From IMG/VR virus record IMGVR_UViG_3300030106_004677, positions 1 through 55,489 of that record: 55,489 bases of DNA, one strand, 5' to 3'. This document shows, piece by piece, positions 44,684-52,570 of this stretch; within the stretch, counting starts at the first letter, position 1, and each line of letters opens with the position of its first letter. Made by a program: the position numbers and the translations under genes. This DNA comes from a virus (Duplodnaviria > Caudoviricetes). Below the pieces are notes generated by a model. The model was not told where the DNA came from. It ran no database searches and worked only from the letters and a program-made list of their open reading frames with translations.

Positions 44684-47182
44684 TTAACCTCCGAATTTTT
44701 GATTCAGCTCAAGCAGTTTCAGGTCAGCCTGTTGCTTTAGCCGGTCAAACGCCAAGTCCATCTTATCGTCACTAATTTCTTTAGACATGGCGATACGTTG
44801 TTTTTGAATTTCGTTTTCAAGCAGCTTTTCTTCTGCCCGGGCAGCTTCTTTGGCCTCAAAGTTTTCCTGATCAACTTTTAGCTCTTGCGCGCGTAAATCA
44901 AGCTCTTGCTGCCTAATTTGAACCAGAGGGTCTTCCTCGTCGCCTTGGCCAATAGACAGTAAAAAGTCCTGAACCAATTGCGCCAGAATAGGCGCGGAAA
45001 ACTGTTCCTGCTGAGTCATGATCTGAGACAGCATCATCTGGGCCTGCTGCGGCGGCATCTGTCCAGAATTCGCCGCCTGCTCAATCTGTTGTTGTTGCTG
45101 AACAAGCTCAGGCGGCAACTGGTTTTGGGCCATTTGAGCCGCCATAAATTGCAGGTGCTGCATGCAATGACTAATAATGCTGGCCTGAACAGCAGGATTT
45201 TCTTTGACAACCGTCGTCAGGAAAAGATTGCGGTGAGCATCAACGTGAGCTTGATGATTTTGAGGCGCAAAAGCCTGAGCGGGGGCACCCATCATCAAGC
45301 CGCTGTTCTCCAACCCGGCATCTACAGGCATCGGTGGTTGGGGCTGGGGAGGCGGCTGCAAAAGACTTTCCACATTATCTACGCCTAGCGCCGCATACAT
45401 CCGCCGATAGGCTTCGTACATGCCCATAGGGCCGTGAATTTCTGGGTTTGACTGCACCATCTGGAGCAGTTCCTGCGCCATCGTTATGCGTTGCGATTGG
45501 CTAAAGATGTTGGGGTCGCTAACTGGAATGATGTCTACGCGACCATCAAAGTCCTGACCTTTTACCTCTTGCGGACCCGTTCCGGTCTGATAGGGATAGA
45601 CCGGGGGCAGATAATCGGCAAAAACCGTCGCCAGCAACTGAAACTCAATGCGCTGGCTGTAGTACAAACGCTTGTGAATCGCTGACATTACTTTGGTGCC
45701 GCGCTCAAGCAACGCTACCGTAGTACCCACCGGCATGGCCTGATTCATGTCGCCGACATTCATGTCTGCAATCGAGGCAAACCGCTTACCAGATTCGACC
45801 AGAAGCCCCAGCAGCGACATCAAAACATTACTAGGCTCTTTGATCGGAAGCGGGATCAGGTTTTCCCGCAGCGAAGCTCCGGTCGTATCAATGTCCCTAA
45901 ACTCGCCGGGCTGAAGCGGATCATCTTCATCCCTAATCCGCATGCCGCGAGCCTTAAAGCCGGCAGGCAAGTTCGCCAGCGTTCCCGCATCGATTAACTG
46001 TCGAAGAATGCTGGTGCTGGCTTTGGCCAAGCCGCCAATCATGTGGCTCAAACCAAGGCCATAAAACCCAAGCCCCGGCAGAAACTTGTACTGCACAAAA
46101 TAGTTTATCTTTTGCCGCAGCGGGTCTTGTTCTTTGTAATTTCTCCGCACAGACAAAACTTTCTGAGACTGATCATCGATCGTGACAATGTACGGAAGCT
46201 TCAGTCCGGAAGGCTCTCCATCTGGGCCAATGTCCTCAAACCCGGGCAGGTCCAAGATCGTGTGAACCTCATACACGGTCCTGTCCCGGTCCTCAGAGTA
46301 CCCCGGTGACTGACCTTCAATTTTGTCAATCTCCTCGTCAATTTCGTCCCTGCTGAAATTAACGCCTCCGCCGGCCAGCTCAATGTCGGCGTAAAATCCT
46401 GCGAGTTGCTGCTTGCGAATCTCGTTTTTCGACATCCGCAGCACATGCGTAACTCGCTCCGCACTAAATAAATCAGTCGCCTCGTAGGGGACCACGAGGT
46501 CTTGGGGCTCGATAAACTTGCTCATCGCACGGCCTACGGCCGTGTCGAAATAAACTTTTTTGAACGCTGAGCCGGCAAGCGGCAAATAAAACAAGAGCAT
46601 GTCCAGTTCTGGATCGTACTCCTGCATCACGTTCAGGATGTAGAAGTTCATGAATTCCTGAACGCGGTCTGCCTGACTCTCGACCTCCGGGCTTCTGGCG
46701 CCCACTATTTCAGTCTTAACCGGGCCTTTTGCGGGAAGCAGTTCCTTGTACGCTTGCGCCTGAAACTGCGTGACCGCCTCCGCAAGAATCGGGTGAATGA
46801 CGCCAGAAGAACCCTGAAACGGATTACTTCGCGTCTCATCAAAATGCATCCCAAGATATTTCAGCCCGTCAACATAAGTCTCTTCCCACTCAGATCGAGA
46901 CTCTTTGTCAGCATGGATTGACGCCAACACGTCATTTGCCATCCTCGACAGCTCTATCGGGTCAAGCTCTTCAACCAGATTGGCGTCAAATGCCGTTTGG
47001 ACTTGCTCCGGCGGCGCGTCAATTTCGTCATCAAGCAGGATTTGGTCGTCCGCGATCAAAATCTCTGCCGCCTCGCGAATTTGATCCTGACGAGATGGCT
47101 CGGGAAAAACCTCAATCTCGTTGCCCATAGGCAGAATGTCTGGGTCGTTTTCAGTGCCCAAACCGGCTTTTTCGATAGCCAT
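44684..47182 (-). CDS. Portal protein
   Basis: 832 aa directly after TerL; helical core and Q-rich C-terminal coiled-coil as in P22-type portals. Confidence 0.88.
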   Translation of the reverse strand: MAIEKAGLGTENDPDILPMGNEIEVFPEPSRQDQIREAAEILIADDQILLDDEIDAPPEQVQTAFDANLVEELDPIELSRMANDVLASIHADKESRSEWEETYVDGLKYLGMHFDETRSNPFQGSSGVIHPILAEAVTQFQAQAYKELLPAKGPVKTEIVGARSPEVESQADRVQEFMNFYILNVMQEYDPELDMLLFYLPLAGSAFKKVYFDTAVGRAMSKFIEPQDLVVPYEATDLFSAERVTHVLRMSKNEIRKQQLAGFYADIELAGGGVNFSRDEIDEEIDKIEGQSPGYSEDRDRTVYEVHTILDLPGFEDIGPDGEPSGLKLPYIVTIDDQSQKVLSVRRNYKEQDPLRQKINYFVQYKFLPGLGFYGLGLSHMIGGLAKASTSILRQLIDAGTLANLPAGFKARGMRIRDEDDPLQPGEFRDIDTTGASLRENLIPLPIKEPSNVLMSLLGLLVESGKRFASIADMNVGDMNQAMPVGTTVALLERGTKVMSAIHKRLYYSQRIEFQLLATVFADYLPPVYPYQTGTGPQEVKGQDFDGRVDIIPVSDPNIFSQSQRITMAQELLQMVQSNPEIHGPMGMYEAYRRMYAALGVDNVESLLQPPPQPQPPMPVDAGLENSGLMMGAPAQAFAPQNHQAHVDAHRNLFLTTVVKENPAVQASIISHCMQHLQFMAAQMAQNQLPPELVQQQQQIEQAANSGQMPPQQAQMMLSQIMTQQEQFSAPILAQLVQDFLLSIGQGDEEDPLVQIRQQELDLRAQELKVDQENFEAKEAARAEEKLLENEIQKQRIAMSKEISDDKMDLAFDRLKQQADLKLLELNQKFGG

Positions 47183-48672
47183 CAGTAATATACCGTCCTA
47201 TTCTTTCGCAGAGGCTTCAATTCGTCATCGTCATTGTAGTCATTTTCCAAGGCCAAAAAACCTCCCTGACGGAAACGCATTAACGCCATCGTCGCAGAGT
47301 CGCAATAGTCGTCATGGTCACCAAACGGGAACGCAGCCATTTCCTCGATGACCTCTTCTGAGAATTGCATCTCCGGCGCCCAGACCATGCCCGACTCAAA
47401 TATGGGCGCGACGCTGTTCATTCGGGCAATTTTGTCTTGTCCCCGGCTTGGAGTGTAAGACGTAACCGGGATTCCCATCCGCCTAAGCTCTTGCGTCAGC
47501 GGAGTACCAGAAGCCTTCGCCTCCACCAATATGCAGTCTGGCTCCCAGTGACGATACTCCTCAAGGGCAAGTTTTTTTAGCTCAGGAAAATCTAACCGCA
47601 CGCGCTTTGCGTCAAGCAAGATAATCTGCTCGGCCCCGTCCGTCTCAGGTTGGAAGACGGCCCATGTGGTAATGGCGCTGTAGTCGGCAGTTTCTTTTTT
47701 TGAAAAAGCCGTGTCCAAACTCTGAATGACGTAAGAAAATGCTGGGACATCTTCTTTTTCCCATCGATTCCACCATTCCCGCTTAACGATCGAGCCTTCT
47801 TCAGCGGTCGGGTCTTGCATCCACTGGCTGTTCCACTTTGAGACAGGCAGGGAAGCTTTAACGCTTAACAGTTCATCTTTTTTCCAAAACTCCGGCCACA
47901 GAGGCTCTTCGCTCTCTGGCATGATCGCCGGAAACTCGACAACATCCCATTGATCGGCGTAATCATCACCCTGTTTTTTCAACACCTGACCCACAAGGTC
48001 TTTTGTTGACCACCGAGTCATAACAATAACGATGATTCCGCCCGGCTGGAGACGTTGACGAGGACCGGACGTGTACCATTCGTAGATCGCATCCATCGAG
48101 GTCGGGCTTAGCGCATCCTGCTCACTCACCGGATCGTCAATAATTAAAAGATCAGCACCCCGGCCGGTGATAGCACCACCAACCCCCGCGTAGAATGATT
48201 CGCCGCCCTGATTCGTTGTCCAGCGACCTGCGCTTTTGTTGTCGGCCTGCAAGCTTAGGGAGGGGAAGACTTCTTTGTACTCGTCGCTGTCAATAATGTT
48301 TCTGACTCGCCGGCCAAATCTCACAGCAAGCTCTGCGGTGTGAGTCGTCTGGATAATTTTTAAATTGCCCCGCAAGCCCATCATCCATGCAGGGAAAAAC
48401 GTCGAAGCAAACTCAGATTTGGTGTGACGGGGCGGCAGGCAAACAATAAGCCGTTTAAGCTTGCCCTCGGCAATCCTGTTGAACTTTTCGCCAATTATTC
48501 GGTGATGCCTGCCCTCAACAAAGTCAGGCCACTGCGACTTAACGAAGCGAATAAAATCGCCCTGACAGTCGTCTTGTTTTTCGAGCTGCTTGTATCGATT
48601 AAGAAGCGCAATGGCTTCTTGCTGATCCTGATTGCTCAGAATGTCAAAGTCTTTTAGCGAAAGCTCAGACAT
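47182..48672 (-). CDS. terL: Terminase large subunit
   Basis: PPRHTKS (Walker A), LLIIDDP (Walker B), SLDTA and HDDYCDS (nuclease). Confidence 0.95.
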   Translation of the reverse strand: MSELSLKDFDILSNQDQQEAIALLNRYKQLEKQDDCQGDFIRFVKSQWPDFVEGRHHRIIGEKFNRIAEGKLKRLIVCLPPRHTKSEFASTFFPAWMMGLRGNLKIIQTTHTAELAVRFGRRVRNIIDSDEYKEVFPSLSLQADNKSAGRWTTNQGGESFYAGVGGAITGRGADLLIIDDPVSEQDALSPTSMDAIYEWYTSGPRQRLQPGGIIVIVMTRWSTKDLVGQVLKKQGDDYADQWDVVEFPAIMPESEEPLWPEFWKKDELLSVKASLPVSKWNSQWMQDPTAEEGSIVKREWWNRWEKEDVPAFSYVIQSLDTAFSKKETADYSAITTWAVFQPETDGAEQIILLDAKRVRLDFPELKKLALEEYRHWEPDCILVEAKASGTPLTQELRRMGIPVTSYTPSRGQDKIARMNSVAPIFESGMVWAPEMQFSEEVIEEMAAFPFGDHDDYCDSATMALMRFRQGGFLALENDYNDDDELKPLRKNRTVYY

Positions 48673-49108
48673 TCTCCCACTGCTCTCCGGCGAACAGCAG
48701 CGCCTCCGCTTCTCGACGCCTGATTAGGCCGTCCAAGACCTGACCCCCCGCGCGATTCCATCGTTTTATTTCCGATGGAACGTCGTTGTACTCTCCGGCA
48801 TTAAGCTTCTTGAGTAGCGTGCTTGTTCTCAAATTAGTGGGGCCAAGATTGAATGTCCACGCGACAAGCGCGTCAAACTGATTCTGATCAAGCTCGACAT
48901 CAACTAACGCATTGACGTATGTCTCAAACTCTTTGAGATCATTGACCAAGATGATCTCTGCCTCTTCTTCGGAGCAGCTATCGCCTTCCGCAACGCCTTG
49001 AGTGTGGCCGTACCCCAGCGTCCAGACATTGGCTGAGCATTGGTACGAATCTAATTCCAGCCCCTCAAATTTTTTAATCAGGGCAATACCTTCTGCGCTA
49101 GTTTTCAT
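48665..49108 (-). CDS. Endolysin, GH24 lysozyme
   Basis: IKKFEGL...WTLGYGHT, QNQFDALV, FNLG, GLIRRREAE. Confidence 0.93.
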   Translation of the reverse strand: MKTSAEGIALIKKFEGLELDSYQCSANVWTLGYGHTQGVAEGDSCSEEEAEIILVNDLKEFETYVNALVDVELDQNQFDALVAWTFNLGPTNLRTSTLLKKLNAGEYNDVPSEIKRWNRAGGQVLDGLIRRREAEALLFAGEQWENV

Positions 49109-49484
49109 CTTGCTCCTCCAAATGCAGATTTTTGTAATATTCTACAATCGAAAGTATTTGCCGCAAGTATCTTTTTGTGTCCGCCATGTTGGATGACAAG
49201 TTTTCGTAACCCTTTGTTGGCAGCCCGTACCACACATTTACCGGCGCTTCGCCGGCCTTGAGGTCGGCTATGTACTGCTCCATTAACGCCGGCGTAAGAA
49301 TCTTCCATTCGACAGGGAGAAACGTGATCTGCTCGGGCAACGGCGGATGATAAACGGGCGCGGGTTTTTCAATAGTAATTACTTCGACCGGTTTAACCTG
49401 CGGGACGGGGTCAGGTCTATCGAGGATGGAGCAAGCCGGCAGCGTCAGGCTAACGATTAGGATCAGTGATCTGGGCAAGCTCAT
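49098..49484 (-). CDS. Outer-membrane spanin-like lipoprotein
   Basis: Signal peptide with lipobox-like LPAC, Pro-rich, overlapping the i-spanin-like gene; implies a Gram-negative host. Confidence 0.65.
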   Translation of the reverse strand: MSLPRSLILIVSLTLPACSILDRPDPVPQVKPVEVITIEKPAPVYHPPLPEQITFLPVEWKILTPALMEQYIADLKAGEAPVNVWYGLPTKGYENLSSNMADTKRYLRQILSIVEYYKNLHLEEQDEN

Positions 49485-49848
49485 TGCCAACCTCTTTAGT
49501 TGCTTTGTTGACAATCTTTTCAATCAGGCCCGGCTTTCTGAGCGAAAGGTTGTTGAGGTCGTGGCGGGCAAACTTCTGGCGCAACGAAGACACTTCTTCG
49601 GCAGCTTCCCGGTTTTTTTCCTGCAAGCCTTGAATCTGCTCCTGTTGCTGTTTTTGCGCCTCTATTGCTTGAGCAATCCGATTGTTCTGATCGCGAATTG
49701 TGTTTTCCAGAACCTGTTGATTGTTGATGGAAGTCTGAAGCTCTGCCTGCAAAGCATCTTTCTCGGCTTCAGTGCGGTCGTAATAGACCTTAAAAGACAC
49801 CCCGCACATAACCAAAGCGGCGCCAAGAACCCCCGCAATCTGCCACAT
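49450..49848 (-). CDS. Inner-membrane spanin-like protein
   Basis: N-terminal TM helix followed by a coiled-coil; in the lysis cassette. Confidence 0.65.
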   Translation of the reverse strand: MWQIAGVLGAALVMCGVSFKVYYDRTEAEKDALQAELQTSINNQQVLENTIRDQNNRIAQAIEAQKQQQEQIQGLQEKNREAAEEVSSLRQKFARHDLNNLSLRKPGLIEKIVNKATKEVGNELAQITDPNR

Positions 49849-50165
49849 TACTTTTTGGCCATGTACGCCGTCGCGCCAAAATAAAGCCCAACCACCGATG
49901 CCTGAGAAAGAAACAGCATGTCGCTAAGGCTTGCCAACGTAGCTAACCGTGCTTCAGGGACAAAAGGCATCAGGGGCAGGATTGCAAATCCGCACATTGA
50001 GCACATAGCCACCCACGCCATTCGCCGTTGGGTATCAGCCTTCTCCTCTCGCATCTCCAGTTCAAGCATGTCCTGAGAACGACGGATCTCGTCATCAGTA
50101 ACGACGCCATCGCCGTCTAAATCAAACTCGGCGTATTGAGATTTGGGCTCAAGTTCTTTTGCCAC
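49848..50165 (-). CDS. Membrane protein, holin candidate
   Basis: Two hydrophobic segments and an EF-hand-like DLDGDGVVTDDE loop; adjacent to the spanins. Confidence 0.5.
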   Translation of the reverse strand: MAKELEPKSQYAEFDLDGDGVVTDDEIRRSQDMLELEMREEKADTQRRMAWVAMCSMCGFAILPLMPFVPEARLATLASLSDMLFLSQASVVGLYFGATAYMAKK

Positions 50166-50177
50166 GATGACCCCCGG

Positions 50178-50966
50178 TCAAACTGACTGATGCCTTTGAT
50201 ATGTCGCCAAATGTGGAAGGCTTTGGCCTCTAGGTTGGAACATGGCGCCCATGCCAAAACCTCCCATCATGGGGTGACCGAATCCTCCCATCATCGGGCG
50301 GCCAAAGCCTCCCGTATAGGAGCGATTCTTAGCCAAATTCTCTGGACCTTGAGTCTCCGCTTTGGGCAGGTGGGTATAGGAGAAACTCCTAGCCGTATCC
50401 TCTGGACCTTGAGTATGCGCTTTGGGCCGGTGGGTATAGGAGCTTCCCATCATGGGGTGACCAAAGCCTCCCATCATGGGGTGACCGAATCCTCCCATCA
50501 TTGGAGAGCCATAGCCGCCGCCCATCATTGGAGGGCCAAATCCGCCCATCATTGGGCGACCGAATCCGCCCATCATTGGAGAGCCAAAACCCCCGCCCAT
50601 CATAGGCGACGGAAAGAATGATCCGATGCCGCCACGCATTGGCGGGCGAGAAAAGCTTCCCATTGGAGATTGATTTGCGCCGGCAAAATATTTTTGTTGC
50701 TCATCTTCGGACAGTTTGTCAAACCTAGCGCGGTCGAGGGGATGCATGTTTTCCAAGAAGGCTTCTTGGTTTGTTTTTAGTTCCGGGGGCGAGCCTGTCT
50801 CCGTTGTCTCTGCCGACTGCTCAGGCGGCTTGCTGCCGGGGCTTAGCGTTGCAATGCCCCCGCCAAAAGGCGAAAACCCAGACGGGCGCCCGTAAAATCC
50901 GCCCCCCATCATGCTTTGGTATGGGGAGAAGCCTCCGCCAAATGGCATGTACGGCGAGTAAAACAT
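50178..50966 (-). CDS. Low-complexity (PMMGGFG)n protein
   Basis: About nine PMMGG units and two YTHxPKAxTQGPE repeats. Confidence 0.6.
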   Translation of the reverse strand: MFYSPYMPFGGGFSPYQSMMGGGFYGRPSGFSPFGGGIATLSPGSKPPEQSAETTETGSPPELKTNQEAFLENMHPLDRARFDKLSEDEQQKYFAGANQSPMGSFSRPPMRGGIGSFFPSPMMGGGFGSPMMGGFGRPMMGGFGPPMMGGGYGSPMMGGFGHPMMGGFGHPMMGSSYTHRPKAHTQGPEDTARSFSYTHLPKAETQGPENLAKNRSYTGGFGRPMMGGFGHPMMGGFGMGAMFQPRGQSLPHLATYQRHQSV

Positions 50967-51440
50967 CTATTCAACCCCGTAAAAGAAGGTAAAGAAAATC
51001 CAGAGAGAAACCATTGCCATCAAAAAGATCCCCAGCATAATTGAAAATATTTGACCGATTTCTTTCCAAAACTTGATGCGTTTTTTCCGCCGCGCTTTTA
51101 TTCTAGCGACTTCTTTCGCTGCATTCTCCTCAGCTTCAGCCATACGCTTCTTAATTGACTTGTACAGATCCCCTTGGCCTTGAAGCAAGCACACGTCGTG
51201 CAACATCCGGTCGTAATTGGCCACTTGACGGGTAACACTCTCAAGCCGAAGAGCTTCTTGATAAGACATCTTCCCAGCGGCCTGAACCTTCTCGCACTCT
51301 TTAGCTGCCATTGCAGCTTCAGACCAAGAGCCAAGAATGCTGCCAAGATCACGACCGTGACCGTGAGCGTCCCTAAGCGATTGGATACCTTCATTGACCG
51401 CTTTAAGCGCGGCGAACGCGGCTGTTAGCTCAGCAATCAT
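50967..51440 (-). CDS. Hypothetical protein with C-terminal TM helix
   Basis: Coiled-coil followed by a hydrophobic C-terminus. Confidence 0.65.
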   Translation of the reverse strand: MIAELTAAFAALKAVNEGIQSLRDAHGHGRDLGSILGSWSEAAMAAKECEKVQAAGKMSYQEALRLESVTRQVANYDRMLHDVCLLQGQGDLYKSIKKRMAEAEENAAKEVARIKARRKKRIKFWKEIGQIFSIMLGIFLMAMVSLWIFFTFFYGVE

Positions 51441-51664
51441 CAGTCAAACGTCTGCACGTTGGTGGGGACGCGACGGGGAATGCAGTAGGCGGCGACATTT
51501 CCTTTATGCCTGAGATATGAAAAGTGTCTGGCTTTATCGAAACTCCCCGTGCTTATCCAATGCGCAAACTGATTGCACCGCTTCACGTCACGGAAAAATA
51601 TAGCATCATCGGCGAGTTTTTCGCCGTTCACTAGCACCACAAGAACAAAAGCCAGCATCATCAA
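51440..51664 (-). CDS. Small protein with hydrophobic N-terminus
   Basis: MMMLAFVLVVLV, two Cys; coupled ORF. Confidence 0.6.
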   Translation of the reverse strand: MMMLAFVLVVLVNGEKLADDAIFFRDVKRCNQFAHWISTGSFDKARHFSYLRHKGNVAAYCIPRRVPTNVQTFD

Positions 51665-51882
51665 ACTTTGACATCAACGGTAGCTGTTGATTGGCTAATG
51701 TCGGTGACAGTTACCCTGCCGCCCCTAAGCTGATATAGCTGAGTCTCGGAAATTTCTGTGACTTTCTTGACGGGAGCGCCATCGCTCGCCATGACCAGCT
51801 CTTGCATCTTGGTATTAGCAACCCGTCTCCACGCAATTGCTGGTGGATTTCCGCTTGCCTGATCGATGCTGTTGATGGCCAT
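51661..51882 (-). CDS. Hypothetical protein
   Basis: Coupled ORF. Confidence 0.55.
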   Translation of the reverse strand: MAINSIDQASGNPPAIAWRRVANTKMQELVMASDGAPVKKVTEISETQLYQLRGGRVTVTDISQSTATVDVKV

Positions 51883-52086
51883 TTACGTCACAAGTTTAAG
51901 CACCTGCGGGAAAATTACTGCTGCAATCAGGGCCGCGTATATTCCCCAAATCATGTTGTCGAGCTTGTCAAAACGCTTTTCCCCGCGTTTAAGGCTTGCT
52001 TCAATTGCCTCGTACCTCAGCCGACACTCTCGTTCGTGAGCCTCGATTTCAGCAAGAGCCTTATTTGCGGGGTCTATCTCACTCAT
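51883..52086 (-). CDS. Small coiled-coil plus TM protein
   Basis: HERECRLRY...RFDKLDNMIWGIY followed by a hydrophobic tail. Confidence 0.65.
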   Translation of the reverse strand: MSEIDPANKALAEIEAHERECRLRYEAIEASLKRGEKRFDKLDNMIWGIYAALIAAVIFPQVLKLVT

Positions 52087-52087
52087 T

Positions 52088-52309
52088 TTAATTCGCTTCG
52101 GTCTGCGCCTGAATTAACAAAGAGCACTGGGCAAACGCCATTTGTGCCGTTTCATGCCGCTCAACCAGCTCATTAATCTGAGCTTGATAATTGGCAATTT
52201 CTTGCTGAAGTCGGGCTTGCTTAGCCTGTAACTTTTCAATCGCAGGCGGAAGCTCAACAACCTCCGCTGTTTCTTCTTCTGCCTCAAAATCCAGTGCTTC
52301 GTCGCTCAT
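52088..52309 (-). CDS. Small coiled-coil protein
   Basis: Heptad-like pattern; downstream of the tail fibre. Confidence 0.6.
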   Translation of the reverse strand: MSDEALDFEAEEETAEVVELPPAIEKLQAKQARLQQEIANYQAQINELVERHETAQMAFAQCSLLIQAQTEAN

Positions 52310-52566
52310 GATGCTACATACGCCTTGCCGTTAGTGATCGCCGCCTTTGAGGCTGTCATATCCTCAGAGCCCCAGTCCTCAAGAGCAACCATGATTTCAA
52401 GATGTTCGACATTTCTTGAAACAGTGTCTTTGAGTTCTTGGGTTGTCAGGTTTTCTTTATATTCAGGATCTGAGTCAGTCCTAATAATGTCAATCAGGGA
52501 TACTGAGTGCCCCATTGCTGTGTAGTCTTGAGCCTTCTGCTCGGTGGTGCGTGGTTCTGCTGCCAT
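52306..52566 (-). CDS. Tail-fibre-associated small protein
   Basis: Start MAAEPR immediately after the fibre stop; RNVEHLEIMV motif. Confidence 0.62.
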   Translation of the reverse strand: MAAEPRTTEQKAQDYTAMGHSVSLIDIIRTDSDPEYKENLTTQELKDTVSRNVEHLEIMVALEDWGSEDMTASKAAITNGKAYVAS

Positions 52567-52570
52567 GTGA

